A stretch of 64,000 bases of DNA from an uncultured Clostridia bacterium. Lineage in GTDB: Bacteria; Bacillota; Clostridia; JAAYHZ01. The position numbers and the translations under genes are program-made. The DNA lies in assembly GCA_937894465.1 (NCBI GenBank), contig CALCRE010000047.1, positions 2,208-66,207 on the forward strand. Direction: 5' to 3'. Below the pieces are notes generated by a model. It made no database searches and was not told the DNA's origin. It worked only from the letters and a program-made list of their open reading frames with translations. Below are positions 46,238 to 56,702 of this stretch, one piece after another (position 1 is the stretch's first letter; each line of letters starts with the position of its first letter).

Positions 46238-48355
46238 ATGAACACAAATCAAAATGGGTTAAATATGAATGAACATGCTAAGAACAATCAACTTGCTGCA
46301 TTTAGGGTAAAGCATGATGACCAGGTTCTTACAACCGACCAGGGAGTTCATGTATCGAATACCGATGATTCGCTAACGGCAGGGGCACGTGGTCCTACTT
46401 TGATGGAGGATTTTCATTTCCGTGAAAAACTGACGCATTTTGATCACGAACGTATTCCTGAACGTGTTGTGCACGCAAGAGGATTTGGTGTGCATGGTTA
46501 TTTCCAAGTATATGAACCTATGACACAGTTGACTAAAGCGAAGTTCCTTCAGGATCCTAATGTAAAAACACCGGTGTTTACACGTTTTTCTACCGTAGTA
46601 GGTTCTAGGGGGTCAGCGGACACTGTAAGAGATGTTCGCGGATTTGCTGTAAAATTTTACACAGAGGATGGAAACCTTGATATTACAGGTAATAATATGC
46701 CCATATTTTTTATACAGGATGCCATCAAATTTCCTGATCTTGTTCATGCAATCAAACCGGAACCGGACAATGAAATACCGCAAGCAGCTTCTGCTCATGA
46801 CACTTTTTGGGACTTTGTCGTTAACACCCCGGAATTGACCCATATGATAATGTGGTTGATGTCTGACCGTGCTATTCCGCGTAGTTATCGAATGATGGAA
46901 GGTTTTGGAGTTAACACTTTTAGACTGATCAATGAACAAGGCATTGCACGTTTTGTGCGATTTCATTGGAAGCCTTTGTTAGGTGTCCATTCCCTTGTAT
47001 GGGATGAAGCACAAAAAATATCCGGAAAAGATCCTGACTTCCACCGACGTGATATATGGGATGCCATTAATAAAGGGGAATTTCCTGAATATGAATTCGG
47101 CATCCAAGTAATCGAAGAGCAAGATGAGTTCAAGTTTGGTTTTGATATTTTGGATCCTACGAAATTTTGGCCGGAAGAATTAATCCCTGTAAAAATCATT
47201 GGGAAAATGACACTGAATAAAAATGTCGAAAACTTTTTTGCTGAAACAGAGCAGGTGGCATTTTGTCCGTCAAATATTGTGCCCGGTCTGGATTTCAGTA
47301 ATGATCCTCTGTTGCAAGGCAGATTGTTCTCTTATTTGGATACCCAACTGATCCGCTTAGGGGGACCTAACTTCCATGAAATTCCGATCAATCGCTCCAT
47401 AGCACCGGTTCATAATAATCAAAGAGACGGTTACCACAGAATGACCATTGATCATGGTAAAGTGAGCTATTCACCGAATTCATTGGCAAACAACCGACCA
47501 AACCCCTGCGAGACGAGTGGATATCAGCATTACCAAGAGAAGGTGGAGGGTGTGAAGATCAGAGCTAGAAGCCTAAGCTTCCAAGATCATTTTTCCCAGG
47601 CGACTATGTTCTGGAATAGTATGTCACCTCCTGAAAAGCAACACATTATAAATGCTTTTCAATTTGAAGTGGGCAGTGTCAAGGACAAGCAAATAAAACA
47701 ACGGGTTGTGGATTTGTTTAACAATGTGGATCATGAGCTTGCAAAGCAAATCGCTATAGGTGTTGGTGCTACGCAACCCGGTAGCGGTAGAACAGGTGCT
47801 TCGGAAACTTCCCCTGCAGTCAGTCAACTAAATACTATTATGACGGCAAAAACAAGGAAAGTCGCCATTCTGGCAGAAGACGGATTCAATCATGCAGAGG
47901 TTTCCAAGTTGATGAATAGTTTAAACGGAGCAGGAGTTTGCTTTGAGGTGATCAGTAAAAACTTAGGCACTATAAAAAGCAGTGACCAAAAAGAACTGGA
48001 GGTTGTGAAGAATCATCATACAGGCACCTCTGTCTTATACGACGCTGTTTATGTTGCAGGTGGTAGAGCAAGTGTGGATGCAATGCTTGAATGCGGAGAG
48101 GCACTCCATTTTGTCAATGAGGCTTTTAAACACTGCAAAACAGTAGGCGCTGCCAATGAAGGTGTGGATCTGTTGAAAGTTAGCAGTATTACAGGGGTTA
48201 ACTATTCCAAAGGAGAGAATATTGTTTCAGAGCTTGGTGTGCTCACCCAAAACAAAGCTGATAATTTAACGGAATTTTGTAAACAGTTTATTGATGCAAT
48301 CGCAAAACACCGCCACTGGGAACGCGAAAGCGTCAAGGGCACTGTTCCGGCTTAA
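46238..48355 (+). CDS. katE: Catalase HPII (large-subunit catalase with C-terminal DJ-1/PfpI-like domain)
   Basis: Catalase core (FDHERIPERVVHARG, RLFSYLDTQLIRLGGPN) plus a C-terminal ~150-aa flavodoxin-like domain. Start at ATG 46238 because the ORF-track start at 46220 contains the AAAAGGAG ribosome-binding site. Confidence 0.85.
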   Translation: MNTNQNGLNMNEHAKNNQLAAFRVKHDDQVLTTDQGVHVSNTDDSLTAGARGPTLMEDFHFREKLTHFDHERIPERVVHARGFGVHGYFQVYEPMTQLTKAKFLQDPNVKTPVFTRFSTVVGSRGSADTVRDVRGFAVKFYTEDGNLDITGNNMPIFFIQDAIKFPDLVHAIKPEPDNEIPQAASAHDTFWDFVVNTPELTHMIMWLMSDRAIPRSYRMMEGFGVNTFRLINEQGIARFVRFHWKPLLGVHSLVWDEAQKISGKDPDFHRRDIWDAINKGEFPEYEFGIQVIEEQDEFKFGFDILDPTKFWPEELIPVKIIGKMTLNKNVENFFAETEQVAFCPSNIVPGLDFSNDPLLQGRLFSYLDTQLIRLGGPNFHEIPINRSIAPVHNNQRDGYHRMTIDHGKVSYSPNSLANNRPNPCETSGYQHYQEKVEGVKIRARSLSFQDHFSQATMFWNSMSPPEKQHIINAFQFEVGSVKDKQIKQRVVDLFNNVDHELAKQIAIGVGATQPGSGRTGASETSPAVSQLNTIMTAKTRKVAILAEDGFNHAEVSKLMNSLNGAGVCFEVISKNLGTIKSSDQKELEVVKNHHTGTSVLYDAVYVAGGRASVDAMLECGEALHFVNEAFKHCKTVGAANEGVDLLKVSSITGVNYSKGENIVSELGVLTQNKADNLTEFCKQFIDAIAKHRHWERESVKGTVPA

Positions 48356-48565
48356 ATAAACGAAAGGAACTAAAACCATGCATCAATTTATAACGGTTGT
48401 ATGGAAATCCGTTTTAATTTTTGTCGAATTAGTAGGAGGTTGTGTGCTTACGTTGTACAAATGATTGAGTGAATGTGGTTTTTTCCTTCATTTAAAAAGC
48501 TTGAAATTCAGAAAGATAGCCGAAGGATGGTTTGTATGTCAGCTTGAAGAAAGGCCATTTACACA

Positions 48566-49006
48566 ATGTTCAAAAAGTTGAGGACTAAAGTACAAAGCGG
48601 TTTTGGTGCAAAGAGAACCATACTGATGGGCATAGGGTCTGTTTTCGTCGGGTTAGGATTGCTGGGTATCCTTTTACCTGTTCTTCCTACCACTCCTTTT
48701 TTGCTGATTGCTTCTGCATGCTACTTCAAATCATCAGAAAAGTGTTATTGGCGTTTATTGAGCAACCGATTTTGCGGTCATATTCTTAGAGGCTACAGGG
48801 AAGGTAGAGGCATTCCCATTAGAACAAAGCTTTTTGCCATATCAATGATATGGTTGAGTATTCCACTATCAATTCGTTATGTGATTTCTTCTGTTCTCAT
48901 CAAGGTGCTTATATCGGTAATTGCTATGGTTGTGACGGTTTACTTGATTTTAATCAAAGCAAAAGATGACATAAGTAATGATGTTATCTTCAAAGCAGAC
49001 GAGTAA
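48566..49006 (+). CDS. YbaN-family inner-membrane protein (DUF454)
   Basis: GLLGILLPVLPTTPFLLIASACYFKSSEKCYWRLL matches the YbaN signature. Confidence 0.6.
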   Translation: MFKKLRTKVQSGFGAKRTILMGIGSVFVGLGLLGILLPVLPTTPFLLIASACYFKSSEKCYWRLLSNRFCGHILRGYREGRGIPIRTKLFAISMIWLSIPLSIRYVISSVLIKVLISVIAMVVTVYLILIKAKDDISNDVIFKADE

Positions 49007-49175
49007 GAAAAATTATGGTAAATAGATCAAGGCGCTTTTTGGAACTTTTAATTCTACTTAGCGCTTTGCTTATATACATCAAACTTTCTTAAAAAGCTTA
49101 AGTTAACATAAAAAAGGTTGTATAGTGACGCATTTGCCGTTATTATGTTACTAGATAATTTGTGAGGTAACATGT

Positions 49176-49628
49176 ATGGGAATGGATCGTCACGATAAAA
49201 GGATACCTTGGAGTACCTTTTTAAAGGATGTTTTCATCTGTTCGTTGGGTTCGTATGGTGGCCCCGAAGCACACTTTGGTGTCTTTACCGACCAATTGGT
49301 AACCAAGAAAAAATATTTGACAGAAGAAGAGTTGGCTGAACTGATCGCATTGACCATCATTTTGCCCGGTCCTAGCAGCACACAAACCATTGTGGCTGTC
49401 GGTCATAAGGTGGGAGGGCAAGGTTTGGCGCTTTTAACCATGTTGGCATGGTCTTTACCTGTTCTTGTGCTAATGACTTTGCTTTCTTTCTTGATTCCGT
49501 TCTTAGGAAATATCACCGGTTTTAAAGAAGGGCTCCGTTACATCGGCCCAATGGCGGTAGGCTTTATATTCATAGCAGCTTTTCGCATCGGGAAAAGCGT
49601 CATAAAGGATAAAATCACTTTTTTGTGA
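49176..49628 (+). CDS. Chromate-transporter (CHR) family half-protein, apparently C-terminally short and without a partner half
   Basis: GSYGGPEAHFGVFTDQLVTKKKYLTEEELAELIALTIILPGPSSTQ is the CHR N-terminal motif. 150 aa versus about 180-200 for typical half-ChrA. No second half is adjacent. Confidence 0.5.
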   Translation: MGMDRHDKRIPWSTFLKDVFICSLGSYGGPEAHFGVFTDQLVTKKKYLTEEELAELIALTIILPGPSSTQTIVAVGHKVGGQGLALLTMLAWSLPVLVLMTLLSFLIPFLGNITGFKEGLRYIGPMAVGFIFIAAFRIGKSVIKDKITFL

Positions 49629-49641
49629 GGTTATAAAGGTT

Positions 49642-50070
49642 TTGTACGAGCCTGATTTGGAAAGGATCTACAGAGCGATATCCATGCTTCAAACATACGC
49701 ATGTATGGAAAACAAGGGAGCATATGAAGGGCTGCTTCAATATTACGAGAGCTTAGGTTCCGCAGAAACCCTTGAGGATGTTCACCTGAGAAAGAGAATT
49801 GTTGAGGTGCTTGGAAGGTTTGACTCAGAAAGAAGAGTCATAGAGGCTTATGTTAACGAATTGAAACGCTCACCGTCAAACAACACCACAAATCAATTGT
49901 ATCAATTGATATTGGATCGTCTGAATAAGGCTGATCATGAAATTGTCAGTGAATTGTTATGGAAGCTGCTGGAGGAGAAAAAGTATAGTACCAAGATGAA
50001 GAATAAGATCACGGTAATTGCAGAAGGATATGATGACGATGAATATGAAAGAGGATATTTTTTTCTATGA
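49642..50070 (+). CDS. Hypothetical protein (142 aa), coupled to the downstream aadK-like gene
   Basis: TTG start and an ATGA overlap with the next gene. No recognisable motif. Confidence 0.35.
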   Translation: MYEPDLERIYRAISMLQTYACMENKGAYEGLLQYYESLGSAETLEDVHLRKRIVEVLGRFDSERRVIEAYVNELKRSPSNNTTNQLYQLILDRLNKADHEIVSELLWKLLEEKKYSTKMKNKITVIAEGYDDDEYERGYFFL

Positions 50071-50906
50071 GAACCCAACAAGAATTTATGGGCACAATCC
50101 ATGATTTTGCAAAACTACATGAAAAGATACGTGTGGTAACAATTGAAGGCTCTCGTACCAATGTTAATGTTCCAAAAGATGAGTTTCAAGATTTCGACAT
50201 CACCTTTTTTGTGACGGACATGAATTCTTTTTTATCAAATGATGAATGGCTTGCATGTTTCGGTAAAATTCTGATCTTGCAAAAGCCGGAAAACATGGTG
50301 TTATTTCCATCGGAAGAAGAAGGTTTCTCTTATCTTATGATGTTTGATGATTACTTGAAGATGGATTTAACATTATTACCTCTGGAAGAATGGAATGAAT
50401 ACTTACTTCGAGAGCCTTTGGCCGAAATTTTACTGGATAAGGACGGTATCGTTAAGGTGAATGTGGTACCAAGTGATGAAAGCTTCCATGTAAAGAAGCC
50501 CACAGAGCGGGAGTTTGACGATTGCTGCAATGAATTTTGGTTTGTAACCACCTATGTCGTAAAGGGATTGTGTCGAAAGGAAATATTGTTTGCCAATCAT
50601 CATATGGATCAAATCTTACGAAGAGAATTATTGCGGATGATCTCTTGGAAGGTGGGGATAGAAACGAATTTTTCACTAAGTGTAGGTAAACATTATAAAT
50701 ATCTGGATCAATATGTCTCGAAAGAGTTGTGGGACAAGCTGTTATCCACCTACGTTATAGATTCCTATGAAAATGTTTGGAAGTCATTGCTCACATGTAA
50801 TGAATTATTTCGGAGAGTATCTAGAGAAGTAGCTGAAAAACTAAAGTTTTTCTATCCTGATTATGATCGGAATGTGTCCGGATATGTGAAGGATATGGAG
50901 CAATAA
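50067..50906 (+). CDS. aadK: Aminoglycoside 6-nucleotidyltransferase ANT(6)/AadK-like (streptomycin adenylyltransferase family)
   Basis: N-terminus MRTQQEFMGTIHDFAKLHEKIRVVTIEGSRTNVNVPKDEFQDFDITFFVTD closely parallels B. subtilis AadK. Confidence 0.7.
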   Translation: MRTQQEFMGTIHDFAKLHEKIRVVTIEGSRTNVNVPKDEFQDFDITFFVTDMNSFLSNDEWLACFGKILILQKPENMVLFPSEEEGFSYLMMFDDYLKMDLTLLPLEEWNEYLLREPLAEILLDKDGIVKVNVVPSDESFHVKKPTEREFDDCCNEFWFVTTYVVKGLCRKEILFANHHMDQILRRELLRMISWKVGIETNFSLSVGKHYKYLDQYVSKELWDKLLSTYVIDSYENVWKSLLTCNELFRRVSREVAEKLKFFYPDYDRNVSGYVKDMEQ

Positions 50907-50940
50907 TATTCAAAGTAATTAACCAGGAGGAGTAAATGAT

Positions 50941-51510
50941 ATGGAGAAGAATATTGCTAACAAACTGTCTTTGGACCGACAACAAGAATTGCTCCAAATA
51001 TTAAAGGAACGTTTTGAGAAAAACAGAAAATATCATCAAAACATAGAGTGGAACCATGTGCAAGAGAAGCTGTTGGCTAATCTGGAAAAGTTATGGTCTC
51101 TTGATCAAATGGAAATCACCGGTGGGGAACCGGATGTGATTGGTTATGATAAAAAAACCGATGAATATATTTTTGTTGATTGCTCCCCTGAAACACCAAA
51201 AGGCCGTAGAAGTATATGCTACGACCGACAAGCATTGGAGTCCAGAAAGCAAAACAAACCGGAAACCAGTGCGATGGATATGGCATTTGCTATGGGGATC
51301 GAAATGTTAACCGAGGAACAATACCGGACACTACAAGAGCTTGGTGAATTTGACACCAAAACTTCCAGTTGGTTGAAAACACCGGACAGCATAAGAAAAT
51401 TGGGAGGCGCACTCTTTTGTGACCGCCGTTACAACAGGGTTTTTGTATATCACAATGGTGCGGAATCCTATTACGCAGTCCGGGGATTTCGCGGTATGTT
51501 AAGGGTGTAA
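50941..51510 (+). CDS. DUF4256-like hypothetical protein
   Basis: 189 aa with CAGGAGGAG ribosome-binding site. Confidence 0.45.
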   Translation: MEKNIANKLSLDRQQELLQILKERFEKNRKYHQNIEWNHVQEKLLANLEKLWSLDQMEITGGEPDVIGYDKKTDEYIFVDCSPETPKGRRSICYDRQALESRKQNKPETSAMDMAFAMGIEMLTEEQYRTLQELGEFDTKTSSWLKTPDSIRKLGGALFCDRRYNRVFVYHNGAESYYAVRGFRGMLRV

Positions 51511-51512
51511 GG

Positions 51513-52154
51513 TTATTCTTCCGGTACTTTGCAATCGGCCAGTATATCAGGTTTGTAACGCATGCTGTCCTCTTCCGTGATTTGACGAATCACTTTACAG
51601 GGCACACCGGCGGCAATAGAATTCGGCGGGATGTCACGGGTTACCACACTTCCTGCGCCTATGACACATCCGTCTCCTATTGTGACGCCACCGCAAACAG
51701 TGACGTTGGCTGAGAGCCACACATCATTTCCTATTGTGACGGGCTTGGCATAACACATATGCTTTGGCTCGCCGTTTTGATTAATCATGGTGCGACGTTC
51801 CGAGGCAATGAGGGGATGAATGGGTGTCACAATGGTTACGTTAGGGCCAAAACTGCAATGATCCCCAATAGTGACATTTGCATCATCTTGAATGGTCAGG
51901 TTATAGTTGCCGAAGAATCGATCTCCGATTTGGGTATGGATGCCATAATGAAAGAAGACCGGCCCTTGGATAAAGCAGTTCTTTCCTCTTTTCCCTACGA
52001 GTTTAGCCAAAATAGCTTCCCGTTCTTCCGTTTCATCTTCTAATGTACGGCTATACAAACTGCTTAGGTTATGAGCGCGTAATTTGATCGCTCGCAATTC
52101 AGGAGCACCCGGGGCAAATAGAATACCTTGCATGATTCGTTTTTCTTCACTCAT
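51513..52154 (-). CDS. Sugar O-acetyltransferase (maltose/galactoside acetyltransferase family, left-handed beta-helix)
   Basis: Hexapeptide repeats (VTIGDHCSFGPNVTI, VTVCGGVTIGDGCVIGAGSVV) and an N-terminal Maa-type segment. Confidence 0.8.
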   Translation of the reverse strand: MSEEKRIMQGILFAPGAPELRAIKLRAHNLSSLYSRTLEDETEEREAILAKLVGKRGKNCFIQGPVFFHYGIHTQIGDRFFGNYNLTIQDDANVTIGDHCSFGPNVTIVTPIHPLIASERRTMINQNGEPKHMCYAKPVTIGNDVWLSANVTVCGGVTIGDGCVIGAGSVVTRDIPPNSIAAGVPCKVIRQITEEDSMRYKPDILADCKVPEE

Positions 52155-52167
52155 TTAATTTTTTCTC

Positions 52168-52947
52168 CTAATCTTCTGATAAAGGACTTTTAATCCCTTT
52201 GCTTATTATATATTCAAAACTTTCTCTTGCACAGACAAATGCATCTTTCCGGAAACTTTCCTGCTCGGCTAATCCCCACTGGACACCGGTACGCCGGCAT
52301 GCTTCAAATATGAGAGGCCAACGGATTTGCCCTTGCCCTGCAGGGACCAAATACTCTTTATCGTCAGAGAATACTGCAGAGTCTTTTATATGGCAGATTT
52401 GTATCCGTCCTTTGTAACGTTCTAAAAGCCCGACAGGGTCAATTTCGGCTTTTACGGCGTGGTATATGCAAAAAACCAACCCTATATCCTCCGGTAGCAT
52501 TTCCATTACCAGATCCACAGCGCTAACACCTCTTACTTTTGCAAAATTAAAACTTACCGGATGGTATGTCAGCTGGATTCCATGATTCTCTAGTACCTTT
52601 GACATATGAACCATATCAGTGCAAAATGCTTGGATCCCTTCCGGGTTCATTTGGCTTTCAGGGATGGTGCTGACACAGAGGCTGGGGCTGTTCCACACTT
52701 TGTTCATGGTGATATATAGATCGAGGTTGTTCTTGACATTGGAAAAGCTGTCTTGGGTGGCAATACAGGTAAGGCCTGTCTCTTGTAAGGCTTCCTTTAC
52801 AGATTCGAAAGGCACATCCGGGTGAATCCATTGAAGCTGCAGATGTCGGTAACCGATGTCTTTAAGCTTTGCAAAGGTGGATAGGACATCCGAAGCTGTG
52901 GTAAGGTAATCTTTAAGGCTGGATGCTTGATAGCCGATAGTAGTCAT
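52168..52947 (-). CDS. Sugar phosphate isomerase/epimerase (xylose-isomerase-like TIM barrel)
   Basis: 259 aa with AP-endonuclease-2/TIM-barrel pattern. Co-oriented and adjacent to the acetyltransferase. Confidence 0.65.
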   Translation of the reverse strand: MTTIGYQASSLKDYLTTASDVLSTFAKLKDIGYRHLQLQWIHPDVPFESVKEALQETGLTCIATQDSFSNVKNNLDLYITMNKVWNSPSLCVSTIPESQMNPEGIQAFCTDMVHMSKVLENHGIQLTYHPVSFNFAKVRGVSAVDLVMEMLPEDIGLVFCIYHAVKAEIDPVGLLERYKGRIQICHIKDSAVFSDDKEYLVPAGQGQIRWPLIFEACRRTGVQWGLAEQESFRKDAFVCARESFEYIISKGIKSPLSED

Positions 52948-53117
52948 AGAAATCCTCCTTTGACGAACATAAGATAAATGTTTTAACTATTTGAAACAAC
53001 CCTACATCAAAAATAAAGTAAAGTCAATGAAGTGTCTGTTTACAAACAAAGGCCAAATGGGATAAATTATATTGTGTTTAATAAAAGAAAAATAGATTCA
53101 AGGTAAAAGGAGAGCCC

Positions 53118-54203
53118 ATGAAAAAGCCTGGGAAAAAGAGAGTGTTAAAGTACCTATTGATTTCAGTGTTGGTCGCAGTTGTCGGTTTTATCGGCTATGC
53201 AATAATTGGAATGAACAAGTTGAATCGTTTGGCAGATATGTCATTTGAAGAGATGCTGCAATTCACCACAAAGGATCGAAAAGATGCCTATATCACGGTA
53301 GGGATCTTGCAAGATGATGAAATGACTTACACTGTTTATGGGGAGAACGGTGAAGTGTTACCTCAAAAAGAAACTATTTATGAGATCGGATCCATTACAA
53401 AGACATTTACCGCATCGATGATTTGCAAAGCCATTAATGAAGGCCTTATTCGTTTGGACGACTCCATTGATCAATATTTGAACCTTCCTGAAAAAGACTA
53501 TTACCCTACTATTCGTAAGCTTTTGACTCATACGTCCGGATACAAGGCGTACTATTTTGAAAAGCCCATGATTTCCAACTTTCTATTCGGTAAAAATGAT
53601 TTTAAAGGCATCTCAAAAGATATGGTGATGAAAAGAATTAAAAAAGTTCAAATCAAGGACGTTGAACATTCATTCTTGTATTCTAATTTTGGTATGTCGG
53701 TTTTAGGGTTGGTGTTGGAGGAAGTTTATGACGAAGATTATATGTCCTTGATGAACCGATATGTACAAGAGCTTCAACTTTCCAACACAAAAGTTTCGGA
53801 TGGAACGGGGGATTTGGAAGGTTATTGGGAATGGGCAAAATCCGATGCCTATTTACCGGCAGGAGGCCTTTTGTCCACCGTTACCGATATGATGCAATAC
53901 GCAAAAATTCATATGAATGAAGAGTTTGAATATTTACATATGTCACATGAACAAATGGCAAAGGGAGCATCAAATCCAACTTATGAAAAAATGAACATAC
54001 GAATGGATGGTATTGGTGCCGGTTGGATGATGGATCAAGAAAACAACATCATTTGGCATAACGGGGGAACAAGTGAGTTTAACAGCTACTTAGGCTTTAA
54101 CCAAGAAAGCAAAACGGCGGTGGTCGTTTTATCCAATCTACCGCCGAATTTTCGTATTCCGTCTACTGTGATGGGGATTGAGCTCCTTACGAGCTTGAGA
54201 TAA
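53118..54203 (+). CDS. Serine hydrolase of the beta-lactamase/PBP fold (class C-like), N-terminally membrane anchored
   Basis: S-x-x-K (GSITKTF), Y-x-N (LYSNFG) and H-x-G (HNGGT) motifs, plus an N-terminal TM. Confidence 0.75.
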   Translation: MKKPGKKRVLKYLLISVLVAVVGFIGYAIIGMNKLNRLADMSFEEMLQFTTKDRKDAYITVGILQDDEMTYTVYGENGEVLPQKETIYEIGSITKTFTASMICKAINEGLIRLDDSIDQYLNLPEKDYYPTIRKLLTHTSGYKAYYFEKPMISNFLFGKNDFKGISKDMVMKRIKKVQIKDVEHSFLYSNFGMSVLGLVLEEVYDEDYMSLMNRYVQELQLSNTKVSDGTGDLEGYWEWAKSDAYLPAGGLLSTVTDMMQYAKIHMNEEFEYLHMSHEQMAKGASNPTYEKMNIRMDGIGAGWMMDQENNIIWHNGGTSEFNSYLGFNQESKTAVVVLSNLPPNFRIPSTVMGIELLTSLR

Positions 54204-54230
54204 AAATAGGTACTTCTTAAATGATCTAGT

Positions 54231-56702
54231 CTAATTCGTATCAGTTATAGAAAAAGTCACATTACCTTGATAGTCGGTAAGCGTGGCTTTTTTAATACCA
54301 TGTTTTTTTAGATGCTTATAAAGGTTGCCAATTAACAGTTCGTGTAGTTCGTCATGATTGCTGTATTCACGAATCATTTGATCTGCTAGTCCCTTAATAT
54401 TCTTTTTGGATTTAGGCATGCTGCAAAAATTCTTAATGGAGGGACTAAATTGAGAACCGTCCCCGGCTTGCACATATTCCTTCAAGACAAAATTTCCATC
54501 GGTATCCTTTTGATAGGTGATGGCTGCCGGAATGATACTGCCTCCGGCTTCGGACAAGGTGTCCCCATATAGTTCATATCGGACTGTGAAGGTGGTGACA
54601 AATACTTTTAACATATCCTCTTCTTTATAACTTCCGAAAATCTTAGGAGCTACAATGATGAATCCCCTTTTTTCTGAGGTTGCTCTTTGTTGAACTTCTG
54701 TTGAGTAAACAAGCTTTTCAATCGGATCGTCTCCATCGTACTTAAAATGGGGTAGCTTGGTTTCCAGAAGAATATCTAGTGCTGCATACCACTGCTGAGG
54801 CGATAAGCCTAAGTCTTTGACATTATTTCTTGGACCTAAAAGCTCTTTGCATAAGATCATCATAACAACTCCGCGAAGCCCCTCGGCTTTTCCTGCTTTA
54901 AATTCAGAAAGCATATATTGTAAAGCATCTTCACCCCCGTACTTTAGAATGTTTTCATATTCGTCCATGTGGGTATTGATATAGTCTTGGGCATTAGATG
55001 ATTCTAGCGGGGAAGACAAAATGGTATCCAAACTTTTTCCTATATCAAACCCGGAGTTGTCGAAAATGGAGGTGATGGTTTTCATGATGTCGGAATCGAT
55101 CTTATGAATGCGCTCATAAGGCTGATCGATATAGTAACTTTTGTTGTCTTGGATATATAAATAATATCGATGGTATACATGTTCCCCGTTCATTTCCACT
55201 TTTAGGTAATCCGATACCGGAGGTACATCATTTAATGTGGAATTAAAAAACAAGGAAGGCTTGTATCTTTCACCTTGTTGCATAAGCACAGCCATCCGCA
55301 TGATGATCTTTTCATCTTCCGTGATGATTTTGTTGGTATCTTGACCGTTTACATGGTTTGTGACTGTTATTTGTTGTACATGAGGAATTCCGGATGCAGC
55401 CATTTGCCGAATGGACTGATAGTCTTGCTCGGGTATTTTGTAATACCTGAACTCATCTTGATAAACGGTCATGACGTAAGTTTCAGATTCAAAAAACCGA
55501 ATTTCATTTCCTGTTTCTGCACTGACATGAACAATGATGGAAGGGGTAAGTTCATTGGGTATATTCCTTCTTTTTCTTTTCCATCGGTTTTCGGCTATAT
55601 CCAACCACTTTGCAAACTCGGTACCGCTGACCGCAGACTCACCATATTCAATGGATTCAATGATGATTTGCTCTTGTTCTGCAATGGCGGACAGCATACT
55701 GTTGGGATTGAGAAATGATAAATCCGGTTGTCCGTTCACAGGGTTGGAGATCAAAGAAATACCAACAACAAGGACTAAGATTATTGAAGCGGTTATAACC
55801 CAAAAAACCGGCTTTTTGTAGTTTACGATATTCTTGATACGGGATTTTACATGACTTTCCCCAAAGGCCAAAGGACTTGCGGTAAAGGGATTTCTGTTTT
55901 TTAACGAAAGTGAAAGCAAAGAGTTGGAATAGCCCCGCCTTATATCTTGATTCATACTGCGGAGGACGGTTTCGTCACAGGACATTTCCATGTCTTTGCT
56001 CATCAGATTAAATGAAAGCCACATAATCGGGTTAAACCAATGGGGGATTAGAGCAAGAAAAGAAACAAACTTTACTAAGTGATCTTTTCTGTGGATGTGT
56101 GTTCTTTCATGGGATAGGATGTATGGCAGATCGGATTGATCTATATTGGCAGGAATATAGATTTTAGGGTAAATCAGTCCGCACACAAATGCCGTGGTGA
56201 TTTGATCAGATTCATAGATATTGTCTTTTACAAGAGTTGAAAACCGTAAATTCCTTTTTGTATTTATATATGAAATCACACTATAGATCAATAATACAAC
56301 CATTCCTGCAACCCAAACCACACTGAGTATTCCCATCCATATTTGCATGGGGTTTGCACTGGCAAGAGGTGTAGCCTGTGGTAATACTTTATTTACTACA
56401 GGATCTAAGCTGCTGATACCGGATTGGATCGTCGGTGTATTCATGATTCCAATATCCATAGGTACATATTCCGGATGACCGGATTGATTGTTTAACCGAA
56501 TATTTAAAAGATTCAACAAACTGAAATTTGTTTGAATGGAAATAGGACATACAAGCCGAAATAAAACAACGCCCCATAATGCGTATGAGAAGATCCGCGG
56601 TGTTTTTTTCAATAACATCCGAACAAGAATAACACCGATGGCTACATAAGAGGATGTGATACTCATGTTTAAAACGACAATGAATAATTCTTGTAAGCTC
56701 AT
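54231..56702 (-). CDS. BlaR1/MecR1-like M56-family membrane metallopeptidase with a ~500-aa extracytoplasmic domain that is not a class-D beta-lactam sensor
   Basis: M56 zinc motif HERTHIHRKDHLVKF and four N-terminal TM helices. No S-T-F-K penicillin-binding motif in the C-terminal domain. Confidence 0.7.
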   Translation of the reverse strand: MSLQELFIVVLNMSITSSYVAIGVILVRMLLKKTPRIFSYALWGVVLFRLVCPISIQTNFSLLNLLNIRLNNQSGHPEYVPMDIGIMNTPTIQSGISSLDPVVNKVLPQATPLASANPMQIWMGILSVVWVAGMVVLLIYSVISYINTKRNLRFSTLVKDNIYESDQITTAFVCGLIYPKIYIPANIDQSDLPYILSHERTHIHRKDHLVKFVSFLALIPHWFNPIMWLSFNLMSKDMEMSCDETVLRSMNQDIRRGYSNSLLSLSLKNRNPFTASPLAFGESHVKSRIKNIVNYKKPVFWVITASIILVLVVGISLISNPVNGQPDLSFLNPNSMLSAIAEQEQIIIESIEYGESAVSGTEFAKWLDIAENRWKRKRRNIPNELTPSIIVHVSAETGNEIRFFESETYVMTVYQDEFRYYKIPEQDYQSIRQMAASGIPHVQQITVTNHVNGQDTNKIITEDEKIIMRMAVLMQQGERYKPSLFFNSTLNDVPPVSDYLKVEMNGEHVYHRYYLYIQDNKSYYIDQPYERIHKIDSDIMKTITSIFDNSGFDIGKSLDTILSSPLESSNAQDYINTHMDEYENILKYGGEDALQYMLSEFKAGKAEGLRGVVMMILCKELLGPRNNVKDLGLSPQQWYAALDILLETKLPHFKYDGDDPIEKLVYSTEVQQRATSEKRGFIIVAPKIFGSYKEEDMLKVFVTTFTVRYELYGDTLSEAGGSIIPAAITYQKDTDGNFVLKEYVQAGDGSQFSPSIKNFCSMPKSKKNIKGLADQMIREYSNHDELHELLIGNLYKHLKKHGIKKATLTDYQGNVTFSITDTN

